Source: an uncultured Candidatus Saccharibacteria bacterium
GTDB taxonomy: Bacteria; Patescibacteriota; Minisyncoccia; Sungbacterales; JACQCQ01
Assembly (NCBI GenBank): GCA_964494945.1
Contig: CAZBTX010000002.1
Span: forward strand, 38,696 to 102,695
Direction of reading: 5' to 3'
Length of the DNA stretch: 64,000 nt
Part shown: piece by piece, positions 9,917-18,999 of the stretch
Position numbering within the stretch: the stretch's first letter is position 1
Layout: each line of letters begins with the position of its first letter
Notes under the pieces: model-generated
Database searches by the model: none
Told to the model about the DNA's origin: nothing
Seen by the model: the letters and a program-made list of their open reading frames with translations, nothing else
Program-made: the position numbers and the translations under genes

Positions 9917-9956
9917 GTACTCACAGGACAATTCTATAGAATTGTCCTGTGAGTAC
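9917..9956. repeat. 40-bp perfect palindrome (18-bp arms around TATA)
   Basis: gtactcacaggacaattc-tata-gaattgtcctgtgagtac, followed by a second short palindrome ggagtcggactcc. Confidence 0.8.
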
Positions 9957-10100
9957 TGATTGGGAGTCGGACTCCTAAGTAATTACGACCATTTGCTAAT
10001 CAAGCGAATTGATTAGATTAGAACGCGGGTGTATAAATACATAGATAACCCACGGCCTTTTACAATAAATAATAAATAAAATAAATCTAGGGAGGCAATC

Positions 10101-10823
10101 TTGAGCAGATATGCAAAACACCACGAGCTTCTCGTGAAGCTCTCCCAGGTGGGGGCGATAAAGAAAGATGGGACGCGCCTAAAGATTCATGATGCGCATC
10201 CCGACCTTGAGCCGGCACCCGTTTACTTCAACCTCCGTACACCCAGAAACCCGAAGCCCGGCCCTCTTACTGAAAACCTCCTGGCTGAAATCGGGATTCT
10301 ACTCCGAAAAGAAGTACTGAAAGCAAACGTCCCATACGCGTGGTGCGCGGGAATTCCTAACGCGGGAACGGATATCGCCAAGTGGTTTTCGAGAATTCAC
10401 CTGCAAATTCCCATGCTCAAGCTCCGTAAGGATATGGTCGCTGAAAAGGTATGTTCCATATCCCTTGACGCACTACTGGAGGGCACGGATCCGTTTCTCG
10501 CGAGAGCAATACGGAGAGGGATGCCGGGCCTCTTGCTCGATAATGTGATAGGCGCCGCAACCTCAAAGTTCCCTTGGCTCGACTGTTTCAAGATGCACAG
10601 AATCAATATCTCGGCCCTAGTCGTAGTTTTTGACCGGGAGGAAGGCGGCGTGGAGGAAATCAAGCGCCGTTACAAAATCCCGGTGGTTCGTTTATACCAA
10701 TACCTCCCAGCACTTCGGGCGCTTCTCAACTCCGGAGAACTACCCCCAGACACTTACGAGGCCGCACTCCGTTTCCGCCGCAAGGTGATTGCGCTGACGG
10801 TGCCGAGCGAAGCACGTGTGTAG
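10101..10823 (+). CDS. type I phosphoribosyltransferase, orotate PRTase (PyrE)-like
   Basis: TTG start with GGGAGG Shine-Dalgarno. PRPP-binding-like motif GLLLDNVIGAATS and VVVFDREEGG are present. GC-rich by eye. Confidence 0.45.
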   Translation: MSRYAKHHELLVKLSQVGAIKKDGTRLKIHDAHPDLEPAPVYFNLRTPRNPKPGPLTENLLAEIGILLRKEVLKANVPYAWCAGIPNAGTDIAKWFSRIHLQIPMLKLRKDMVAEKVCSISLDALLEGTDPFLARAIRRGMPGLLLDNVIGAATSKFPWLDCFKMHRINISALVVVFDREEGGVEEIKRRYKIPVVRLYQYLPALRALLNSGELPPDTYEAALRFRRKVIALTVPSEARV

Positions 10824-10952
10824 CCCCCGCTCCGACAGCCGTCGGAGCGGGGAGTTGTTACTCCGTCCGCCGAAGGCGAATCTAGAATTTCGGCGGAGCC
10901 GACTCCTTGTGTAGAAAACGGCCCTGACGCCTTGTGCTTTAGCACGAGGACG

Positions 10953-11040
10953 TTTTATTTTATAAAGAATTTTCTTATGAGAAATTCCGTGATACTTCCG
11001 AATACAATACCGATTACAGCGCCGCCGCCAGTGACAGATT
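10953..11040 (-). pseudogene. C-terminal fragment of a PAP2 phosphatase paralog (partial duplicate of the 13118-13651 gene 3' end)
   Basis: About 85% identical by eye to 13121-13200. The minus strand encodes ...SITEFLIRKFFIK. The hairpin+agttgtta motif at 10823-10860 also matches 13088-13120. Confidence 0.5.
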
Positions 11041-11060
11041 TTTTATTCGATGATCTTAGT

Positions 11061-12224
11061 CTAATCTACTTCACGCCGCAAATGCTCAAGGAACGGTTCT
11101 TGTAGAACGTCCATATAAGATTGCCTGAAAAGTTCCATTATTTCTTCAAAAGAAATTTTATTTTTGACGGGAGCAAATTCATGTAATTTGTGCAAAGCAA
11201 CAATCGCAGTAAACATATCTTTAGCGTAGGTGGTTTTGGGTTTACCTTCAAACCGTTCAAATAAATGTTCGTCTATACCATCAAAACCGTGAGGAGAGGC
11301 TTTGACGGCATCAATAATCTCGGAAAGGTCAGATTCCTCTGGATATCCCCGAGGGCGCTCAACTGAATCCAAATCTATAATTCTGCAATCAAGCGTTATA
11401 TTATGGCGGGTAAGATACCCATGCGCAAAACCAAGGGTATGCATTCTGGCTACGTTTTCGCCAAGCGTATTTGCAAACCATTTAACATATTCTATTGGAG
11501 TAAACTCTTGTTCCGGTATCTCCAACTCTTGACTTACCATGAGCCGCGCATCCTCGAAAGAGTTGCGAGTGGGAGTTTTATACTTCGGATCAACTATGGA
11601 TAGATCGGCGATTCGCTCTCGCGTGCCGAAAGCGCGGATTTCCAAAGCAGGGTCGGAACTTAGAGGAAGTATTAATAGTTTCTTGGCTTCTTCAATCGAT
11701 ATCTTTTCTTGCGGTTCATTTCTTGTGAAATTGGTAACAATTTCTTTTAATTTAGTTATCGCAATAACACGATATGTTCTTATCCCACTTGATGAAAACG
11801 CTTCTGCCATTGAAGCGTCTTTTAAGGCAATAGCGTAATCGAGTATCCCACGCACAACTCCTTCACGAACCTCGTGAACAGGGTTCACTAAAAGCCCGCC
11901 GTCCCAGTATGTGAGGCTGCCAAGTCCTTTGATGTCAACATCGCGATATTTTTCTCCCTTATCATCCTCAAAAATTACTTGCCCAAGAATGGCGGAACGA
12001 CCATGACCCACCACGCCCTCAACTGTAGTATCTTTGGATTCTTCGTGAGTAGTTGCAAAAATACCAAGTTTAGTCGGTTTCCCCTCTTCCACGTCAAAAG
12101 GGGCATGGATGTGGGGATTGACCCATGCGACTTCATTTTTTACTTCTACTGCGGGAATGCGTTCCATTTTCGCTTCCCGCTTCCCCGCGCCTATTGGCAA
12201 TTCCGAGGATTGTTCTAAACTCAT
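11061..12224 (-). CDS. hypothetical protein with protein-kinase-like catalytic motif
   Basis: HGYLTRHNITLDCRIIDLD resembles the RIO/Kdo-kinase HGDLxxxNI...IDF catalytic loop. Nothing else is recognisable. Confidence 0.35.
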   Translation of the reverse strand: MSLEQSSELPIGAGKREAKMERIPAVEVKNEVAWVNPHIHAPFDVEEGKPTKLGIFATTHEESKDTTVEGVVGHGRSAILGQVIFEDDKGEKYRDVDIKGLGSLTYWDGGLLVNPVHEVREGVVRGILDYAIALKDASMAEAFSSSGIRTYRVIAITKLKEIVTNFTRNEPQEKISIEEAKKLLILPLSSDPALEIRAFGTRERIADLSIVDPKYKTPTRNSFEDARLMVSQELEIPEQEFTPIEYVKWFANTLGENVARMHTLGFAHGYLTRHNITLDCRIIDLDSVERPRGYPEESDLSEIIDAVKASPHGFDGIDEHLFERFEGKPKTTYAKDMFTAIVALHKLHEFAPVKNKISFEEIMELFRQSYMDVLQEPFLEHLRREVD

Positions 12225-12387
12225 ATAAATGCTTCAACTAGTTAAATTCTCGAAAGTCCAATTTGGCAAAGAATATTGAAAAATGCATTTAACCACACTG
12301 ATAACAATTTCAAGTTTTTCAGTTCGCAGTGTAAACTACTGAAATTCTAGCGAATTCCAGTTTGGGCGGCAAATTATTTGAAAAAAC

Positions 12388-12440
12388 AAAAGAGATGACC
12401 CGCTGTTCGCTTTAGCTACTAGGCGGGTCATTGGGCTGTC
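12388..12440 (-). terminator. rho-independent terminator downstream of 12461-12835 gene
   Basis: Minus-strand stem atgacccgc/gcgggtcat is followed by ctcttttgtttttt. Confidence 0.55.
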
Positions 12441-12460
12441 GAGGGAGTCTATCCTCCACA

Positions 12461-12835
12461 CTAGTTCAGAGCATACTCCCTACGGAGTAGGGGGCTGATC
12501 ATCATGATGAACCACACGAGCAGGTAGCCCATCACGAACGGGAGAATGGTGTAGATAGCGCCGGTCGTGCCGACCTCGAAGATTGACTTCATTCGCATGA
12601 CGAAGGGGGCACCGAACGTCACCCCCGCCATCGTCCCCACCACGACGGTGAAGACGTAAGTCGCGGAGAGGTTCGGCGAGAACCCCACCACGGCGAGGCC
12701 GAGCGCCGAAGCAAGCACGAGTAGGATTTGAGTCCCCCGCGTGAGCCAGGGGAGCAGGCCGGCCTCCCCGATCGCCGAGAACAGATCGACGGGCTTACCC
12801 ATATGCTTCTCCTTTCGTTCCTGCCTGCCCTTCAA
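12461..12835 (-). CDS. small hypothetical membrane protein (3-4 TM), GC-rich island
   Basis: Hydrophobic helices. AAGGAG precedes the internal MGKPVDLF start at 12804. The leader is strongly structured. Confidence 0.45.
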   Translation of the reverse strand: MKGRQERKEKHMGKPVDLFSAIGEAGLLPWLTRGTQILLVLASALGLAVVGFSPNLSATYVFTVVVGTMAGVTFGAPFVMRMKSIFEVGTTGAIYTILPFVMGYLLVWFIMMISPLLRREYALN

Positions 12836-13117
12836 TTAACTCAGGGCCAGGCCTTCGGAACATATTGCCGCAGTCTACGGCAACAAAGAAGAAACTAACC
12901 CCTTAACTCCCTCTTTGTTGCCGTAGAATATAGCTTATTTTAGGGTGCTAAGTTTCTAGTTGAATAGTAGCATATATATAGAAAAAGTCAAGGGGCCATG
13001 CCTCGTGGCGCAAAATGCGCCGTAAGGCAACCAAAACGTACGAAAAAGTGCGCGAGTTCCAAGCAGTACTCCGCGCCCTCAATCCCCCGTCCCGCTTGTA
13101 GTGGGAGCGGGGAGTTG

Positions 13118-13651
13118 TTATTTTATGAAGTACTTTCTTATGAGAAACTCCGTGATGCTTCCGAAAACGAGACCGATTACGGCCCCGCCGATTATATCAG
13201 TGGGCCAATGTACCCCCGCCATGACTCTGGCAACGCCGATCAAAAGCGCGGCCAAAGCCAGAACGTAAGCAGATTTTCTGTGGTAGAACCAAAAACTGGC
13301 CGCCAGCGAGAAAAAGAAAGCCGCGTGCCCCGAGGGGAACGAAGAACTGGCTTCATGCGGAATCAGGCGCAGAGTCTCGCCGAGTAACGCGAAGGGACGA
13401 GGCGAGAAAATCCATAAACGAATAATCTCCACCACGCCAAAACGTACGATCAAAGCTGCGGCGTAGGCGGCTGCGACTTTTTTTACGGCCTTACTGTGAC
13501 GCCGCTCCGTCTCCCAGAAAATAACCAGCGGCGCCAAAGCCGCGAGATACGGCAGCCAGCGCGCTATGAAAATCACAAGCGTATCAAAATAGTAATCAAC
13601 GCCCGCTAATCCGTTTAACCAAATAAAAATTGTTTGATCAAACTGGGTCAT
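13118..13651 (-). CDS. PAP2-family phosphatase (undecaprenyl-diphosphatase / BcrC-like)
   Basis: PAP2 motifs PSGH and SRVMAGVHWPTD are present. The protein is membrane-associated. Confidence 0.65.
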   Translation of the reverse strand: MTQFDQTIFIWLNGLAGVDYYFDTLVIFIARWLPYLAALAPLVIFWETERRHSKAVKKVAAAYAAALIVRFGVVEIIRLWIFSPRPFALLGETLRLIPHEASSSFPSGHAAFFFSLAASFWFYHRKSAYVLALAALLIGVARVMAGVHWPTDIIGGAVIGLVFGSITEFLIRKYFIK

Positions 13652-13713
13652 GGATACAGCGCTTGAAAAGCATCATTAGTCACTATAGTTACTATTTATT
13701 CACTGATCTGCTC

Positions 13714-13745
13714 ACTGTATCAGTAGGACGTCCTACTGATACAGT
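13714..13745. promoter_or_regulatory. 32-bp perfect palindrome with TAGGACGTCCTA core upstream of PAP2 gene
   Basis: actgtatcagtaggac/gtcctactgatacagt. Lies between the yerC-like stop and the PAP2 start. Confidence 0.5.
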
Positions 13746-13804
13746 ACGATGCCGGACTTTCACAGCCCACACTATACACTTCCGGTAAGGCCCACTCTAC
13801 GGCG

Positions 13805-14185
13805 CTAGCTTCTTATCTGTGCCGACGCGCCCAGAATCCGTTCTACTGCTTTGATCACTTGTTGGCCCTGTGACTCTTTAAAGAACTGACTAAACACCTT
13901 CCGATAACCTTCGCCTGACTTAAAAAGTTCCCGTTGAATAATGTGCACGGTAGTTTTGCTTATTTTCAGAACACGGCATATCGCGCCGTAACTATAACCA
14001 TGTTGCAGCAACACTGCTACCATCAGCCGTTTGGCCAGCATAATTTTTTCGGTATGGGTAAGAAGATTATCGAGGAAGCGGCGCAGTGGCTTCTCGTCGT
14101 TAATCTTCGCAAGAGTCCTCACAAGAGCGTCGGCGATCTGATGCTCCATCTCGCGTGAAAGCTGATTTTGAGATACTTTAGGCAT
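13805..14185 (-). CDS. TrpR-like DNA-binding protein YerC/YecD family
   Basis: C-terminal HTH GYSYGAICRVLKISKTTVHIIQR is typical of the YerC family. Confidence 0.6.
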   Translation of the reverse strand: MPKVSQNQLSREMEHQIADALVRTLAKINDEKPLRRFLDNLLTHTEKIMLAKRLMVAVLLQHGYSYGAICRVLKISKTTVHIIQRELFKSGEGYRKVFSQFFKESQGQQVIKAVERILGASAQIRS

Positions 14186-14210
14186 ACACCAATATTAATT
14201 AAAACCGACT

Positions 14211-14240
14211 ACTGTTACAATAGGACGTCCTACTGTAACG
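14211..14240. promoter_or_regulatory. near-perfect palindrome with the same TAGGACGTCCTA core in the yerC-like promoter region
   Basis: actgttacaataggacgtcctactgtaacg. One arm mismatch. Confidence 0.5.
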
Positions 14241-14273
14241 ATTAATTTATAACTGCTTAATGACAACTAGACG

Positions 14274-15092
14274 CTAAGACCTGGAAGCTAGGACGACGAG
14301 ATTCTTAAAAATATGCGCGATAGTTAATGGTCCAACACCGCCGGGCACCGGAGACAGCCAGCCATCTTTGGACTTTAAGCTTTCGGCGTCAGCGTCCCCT
14401 TTTAGAGAACCGGCGTCCATAGCAGTTCCCGCATCAATTATAACGGCGCCGTCACTCACCATGTTCCCACGAATAAGTCCCGGCTTACCGACACCGGAGA
14501 TAATTACATCCGCTTTTTGCAACTCTTGCCCCATGTCTTTTGATTCTTCCGTAAGCACGGCGAACGGCAAGTTTTGTGACAAAAGCCAGAGTGACACGGG
14601 CCGCCCCACGAGGCGCCCCGCGCCGAGAATTACGATTTTTTTTCCAACTAAGTTAATCTGTTGGCTGCCCAGTAGTGTTTTGACGGCCGCGACCACCGGC
14701 GGCAGTATTTTGGACCTCCCCGCCGCTAACGCCCCCAAGGACTTCTGGCTCAAACAATCTATGTCTTCCGCTTCGGAAATAGAGTTTAAAACGTACTGGG
14801 CGTTAACATTTCTGGGTAGAGGCAATTGCACTATCCAGCCATCATGCTCGGACTTTTTGACCAGTTCGGCGAGGCGGCGGCGCAGGGCCTTAGAATTTTC
14901 AGACGCTAAACTATAATGTTTCACTGAAACTCCCAGCTCGTGTCCTCTTTTTTCTTTTTCCGTGATAAATCTCTGTGAGATCTCATTCTCACCTATGGAA
15001 ACTATACCGAGCGAGAGACGCTTACTACCTATAAGAGTTTTTGTTTCTTCCAAAACTGAATCCGCGAGTGCCCCGCCGTTAAAAAAATTCAT
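14274..15092 (-). CDS. folD: methylenetetrahydrofolate dehydrogenase/cyclohydrolase
   Basis: Rossmann motif GAGRLVGRP and C-terminal VPGGVGPLT. Confidence 0.75.
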   Translation of the reverse strand: MNFFNGGALADSVLEETKTLIGSKRLSLGIVSIGENEISQRFITEKEKRGHELGVSVKHYSLASENSKALRRRLAELVKKSEHDGWIVQLPLPRNVNAQYVLNSISEAEDIDCLSQKSLGALAAGRSKILPPVVAAVKTLLGSQQINLVGKKIVILGAGRLVGRPVSLWLLSQNLPFAVLTEESKDMGQELQKADVIISGVGKPGLIRGNMVSDGAVIIDAGTAMDAGSLKGDADAESLKSKDGWLSPVPGGVGPLTIAHIFKNLVVLASRS

Positions 15093-15736
15093 TTGTGTTT
15101 AGAAAGCATTTGGTCCAAATCGGCTTTAGTTAGAATGCCCTTTCTCACCACCACGGGATTTTTTCTGTCCGTGAGATCAATAATGGTTGAGGGCTCGTTC
15201 GCGGGAAGCTCTCCGGCGTCAATCACGAGATCGGGCTTCACCTTGGCGTCTTGCAGAGCTTCCCAAAAACGAGTCAATGTTTTCGGCTGGGAAGGATCGC
15301 CGGAAATATTGGCCGAAGTGGAAATCAGCGGGAAATCAAGCTGTTTCGTCAAGTCATTTATAAAACGATTTTTGGGCAAGCGAAGCGCAATGGTTTGGGC
15401 GCCACCCGAAACTTCTTCCGGTACAATGTCTTTTTTGTGGAGCACCACCGTTACCGGCCCCGGCCATAAACTTGCCAAAACGCCCTCGGCCCAAAGGTCA
15501 ATGTAAGCGTATTTTCGGGCCATGGCTATATCGCGAACAAGCAAAATCATGCCTTTTTCTAAGGGTCTATGCTTAATTTTCAATATTTTTTTGACAATTT
15601 TCACATCCAGCCCGTTCCCGCCGATGCCGTAAACCGTATCGGTCGGATAAACAATTATTTTGCCGGCACGTAAAGCTTTGACCGCTTCAAAAAGAACTCC
15701 AAGGAAGGTGTGGCCGTTTAGTTCAATTATTTTCAT
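15089..15736 (-). CDS. tsaC: L-threonylcarbamoyladenylate synthase (YrdC/TsaC)
   Basis: YrdC motif YPTDTVYGIG. Confidence 0.7.
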   Translation of the reverse strand: MKIIELNGHTFLGVLFEAVKALRAGKIIVYPTDTVYGIGGNGLDVKIVKKILKIKHRPLEKGMILLVRDIAMARKYAYIDLWAEGVLASLWPGPVTVVLHKKDIVPEEVSGGAQTIALRLPKNRFINDLTKQLDFPLISTSANISGDPSQPKTLTRFWEALQDAKVKPDLVIDAGELPANEPSTIIDLTDRKNPVVVRKGILTKADLDQMLSKHK

Positions 15737-15748
15737 GGTCGTGGGAAA

Positions 15749-16258
15749 CTAACCGCTAACTTTAACATCAACACCTAGTCGTTTCAGTGAAACGATGAGT
15801 TGATGCGCATTTTTATAGACGAAGGCCTTCATTCCAGCTTGTTTTGCTTTCGCAACCAAATATTTGTGATCATCAGTAAATGCTACCTCGGAGGCCTTGA
15901 GCCCCATTGCCCGAGCCGCAAGAACAAAAGCCTGCTTTTTTCTTTTGCTGATGCCTGTTTTATAAGAAAGGCGTACTGGTCTAAATCCACGATAAACACC
16001 AGCCGCACGAACAATTTGAGCGTGGGTAGGAATAACATCGGAGAGAATTCCGACTTTATAACCGCTTATTCTAAGCTTTTGTGCTATTGCTAGAATACTT
16101 TTTTGCGGCTTTATTCGCCGTCTCGAAAATATAGGGAGAAGCTTTTTAACTTTTGATTTAGGCAGTTTGTATTTCTGCCCCAAGCTCTCCCACATTTCCT
16201 GCTCGGAGATTTTGTTTTCGGCAACCTTGGAAATATAAGCTGTGAAATCCGGCATCAA
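15749..16258 (-). CDS. HAD-superfamily hydrolase-like protein lacking N-terminal DxD motif (possibly truncated)
   Basis: C-terminal HAD motifs (K...FTDD, AGMKAFVY) are present, but no motif I is upstream within the frame. Confidence 0.35.
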   Translation of the reverse strand: MMPDFTAYISKVAENKISEQEMWESLGQKYKLPKSKVKKLLPIFSRRRIKPQKSILAIAQKLRISGYKVGILSDVIPTHAQIVRAAGVYRGFRPVRLSYKTGISKRKKQAFVLAARAMGLKASEVAFTDDHKYLVAKAKQAGMKAFVYKNAHQLIVSLKRLGVDVKVSG

Positions 16259-16380
16259 TTTTTCATGCGAAACATCTAGAATTTTTGCTGCTATTTTAGA
16301 AGCTTCATTTTTTCCAAGACTCTAGACCAGAACGCGGCCTACATCAAAATATATTCCACGAATCATATTAGTTAAAGTCT

Positions 16381-18999
16381 TTAAACCACAAAGTTAATCA
16401 ACCGATCACGAACGAAAACGACTTTTTGCGGCTCACTCGTCAAGAACTTGGCGGCTGCGGCATCTGCACGCACCGCGCTTTCGGCGTCTTTTTGTGAGAC
16501 ACCTCTTGGCAAATTTATCCTGCCACGCACCTTGCCATTTACCTGCACTATCAACTGAAACGTATCTTCATGAATAAGTTTTTCGTCATACGAAGGCCAA
16601 GAGGATTTATGAATTGAGCCCTTGTCTCTTTGCTGTCCCGATTCGCTTCGCGAATCGCGGATCCTCGATTTTTTGTCTGCGAAAAATCGGGACCATAACT
16701 CTTCCGCGATATGCGGCGCGAAAGGCGCTAATAATTGCAAAAATATTTTGACGTCTTCGCCCGAAACAGCCCCCGGAAACTCCTCAAACTCGTTCAAAAG
16801 TATCATGAGTGCCGAAATCGCTGTATTGTAGCGCAGCCCTACAATGTCTTCAGTTATTTTCTTAATTGTTCGATGAACTATTCTTTCCAACTTTTGATTT
16901 TTGAGTTGTAATTTTGATTTTTGACTTTTGATTTTTGATTTTTCAGAGTAGAACCTCCAAACCCGATTTAAGAATCTGGTCATCCCGGCAATCCCCGAAT
17001 CGCGAAAATCCCCGCCTTCCTGAAATGGTCCGGTAAACATCAAATAAAGTCGCAAGGCGTCAGCGCCGTAGGCCTTGATGTAATCGTCCGGATTTACAAT
17101 ATTCCCCTTGGATTTGGACATTTTGGCGCCGTCTTTGATTATGAGTCCGTGTGCACGAAATATCGTGAACGGCTCCTCAAAATCCAAAAGCTCCCAATCC
17201 TTGAATACCATCGTAAGAAACCGCGAGTACAAAAGATGCAGAACCGAGTGCTCCGCCCCGCCGATGTACATCTGGACAGGCAACCATCGCCGTGTAATTT
17301 CCTGATTCCACGGAATTTCTAATTCCGAATTTCTAATTCCTAAATTTGAACTTTTTGCATTCTCATTTTGAATTTTGATCTTTGAATTTTGCATTTTTAC
17401 GCTGGGATACCGAAGAAAGTACCAGGCCGAATCCAGAAAAGTATCGGAAACATCGGTTTCGCGACGCGCCTTAGCGCCGCACTTGGGACATTTTGTTTCG
17501 TAAAACGACTTAACTGACGCCAATGGCGACTGACCCGTCCCCGTGGGCCGAAAATTCTTGATAAACGGCAATTTTACCGGCAAATCTTTTTCCGGCACCG
17601 CCATCCAGCCCGGATTTTCCAGTTCGCCCTTATTAAATCCTTCCTTAATTTTGATTTTTGATTTTTGATTTTTGATTTTCCCCGCGCAGTTTTCACAGAA
17701 AACAAGCGGGATGGGCGGCCCCCAATAGCGCTGGCGCGAAATCAGCCAATCACGGATGCGATATGTGGTAACTTTTCTACCCTTTCCCTTTTCGCTAAGC
17801 CACTTCGTGATGGCAACCCTGGCCCCAGATGAAGTCATGCCACTGAACTGACCTGAGTCGTACAAAACTCCATCTTCTATAAAAACCCCTTCAATTTTTT
17901 CTTCATCGGCCGGTTTTATAGTTGGCTTCAGCGGTATATGGTATCTTTTCGCAAAAGCCACGTCGCGTTCATCGTGTGCGTCTCCAAATAGAGCACCGGT
18001 GCCAAAATTTATAAGCGCGTAGTCCGCAATCCAAATCGGTAACTCTTGGTTATTTAAGGGATTAACTGCTTTCGCTCCCCTTACTTCGATTCCTGTTTTT
18101 TCTCTTCCTTCAGCAGCCCGTTCAAGTTCAGACTTTTTAATTGCATTTTGAACGTAGTTTTCTATTTCTTTGCTATTTGATACTTGATTTTTTAATTCCC
18201 AGATTATCGGATGCTCCGGAGCCAACACTAAAAATGTAGCCCCCCAAAGCGTGTCTACTCTGGTGGTAAACACCTTGATACTTAAATTTTTGTTTTTAAT
18301 CTCAAAACTGATCTCCGTGCCCTCGGATTTTCCGATCCAATTCCTTTGAGCGATTTTTATTTTTTCCGACCAGTCAATTTTTTCAAGATTATTCAAGAGC
18401 CGCTCGGCATAATCCGTGGTCTTAAAAAACCATTGCTCCAGGTCTTTTTTTATGACCGCCGTGCCGCATCTTTCGCAATTCCCGTTTATGACCTGCTCAT
18501 CCGCCAGCACCGTTTTGCACGAAGGGCACCAATTAACTTTTGCCTTTTTGCGGTATGCCAAGCCGTGCTTAAACATCTGGACGAAAATCCACTGGGTCCA
18601 CTTGTAGTATTCTGGATCGTAGGTTTCTAGTCGCTCATTCCAGCTAAATCCGTTGCCGATGCTCGAAAGCTGCCGGTAAAAATTCTTTTCCGAAACCTTG
18701 GCCTGTTTGGCGGGGTGCTTGCCGATCTTCAGGGCGTAATTTTCCGAATGAATCCCGAAGCCGTCAAGTCCAATGGGCTCAAAAACGTCATGTCCTTGCA
18801 TGCGCTTAAAGCGCCCGTAAATGTCGGAGCCGGTAAAAGCGAAGACATTGCCCACATGAAGCCCCTCCGCCGAAGGATACGGGAACATCATTAAGTTGTA
18901 GTAGGGTCTCTTGGCTCCCTTAAAATTCGGCTCGTAGGTTTTATCCCTAAGCCATTTAGCTTGCCATTTCTTCTCAATTTTCGCCGGGTTGTAGCGCAT
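16381..18999 (-). CDS. leuS: leucyl-tRNA synthetase with three K/Q/S-rich low-complexity insertions
   Basis: HVGN (HIGH) and KMSKSKGN motifs plus a CP1 editing region. Insertions KIKNQKSKIKIKEG, KMQNSKIKIQNENAKSS and EKSKIKSQKSKLQLKNQK are encoded by (tgatttt)n repeats. Confidence 0.85.
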   Translation of the reverse strand: MRYNPAKIEKKWQAKWLRDKTYEPNFKGAKRPYYNLMMFPYPSAEGLHVGNVFAFTGSDIYGRFKRMQGHDVFEPIGLDGFGIHSENYALKIGKHPAKQAKVSEKNFYRQLSSIGNGFSWNERLETYDPEYYKWTQWIFVQMFKHGLAYRKKAKVNWCPSCKTVLADEQVINGNCERCGTAVIKKDLEQWFFKTTDYAERLLNNLEKIDWSEKIKIAQRNWIGKSEGTEISFEIKNKNLSIKVFTTRVDTLWGATFLVLAPEHPIIWELKNQVSNSKEIENYVQNAIKKSELERAAEGREKTGIEVRGAKAVNPLNNQELPIWIADYALINFGTGALFGDAHDERDVAFAKRYHIPLKPTIKPADEEKIEGVFIEDGVLYDSGQFSGMTSSGARVAITKWLSEKGKGRKVTTYRIRDWLISRQRYWGPPIPLVFCENCAGKIKNQKSKIKIKEGFNKGELENPGWMAVPEKDLPVKLPFIKNFRPTGTGQSPLASVKSFYETKCPKCGAKARRETDVSDTFLDSAWYFLRYPSVKMQNSKIKIQNENAKSSNLGIRNSELEIPWNQEITRRWLPVQMYIGGAEHSVLHLLYSRFLTMVFKDWELLDFEEPFTIFRAHGLIIKDGAKMSKSKGNIVNPDDYIKAYGADALRLYLMFTGPFQEGGDFRDSGIAGMTRFLNRVWRFYSEKSKIKSQKSKLQLKNQKLERIVHRTIKKITEDIVGLRYNTAISALMILLNEFEEFPGAVSGEDVKIFLQLLAPFAPHIAEELWSRFFADKKSRIRDSRSESGQQRDKGSIHKSSWPSYDEKLIHEDTFQLIVQVNGKVRGRINLPRGVSQKDAESAVRADAAAAKFLTSEPQKVVFVRDRLINFVV

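Noticed and set aside
12461-12835. CrcB/Fluc fluoride channel with fluoride riboswitch
   Set aside because: Size and topology fit, but the GxxGAxxR signature and the crcB RNA motif consensus are absent.
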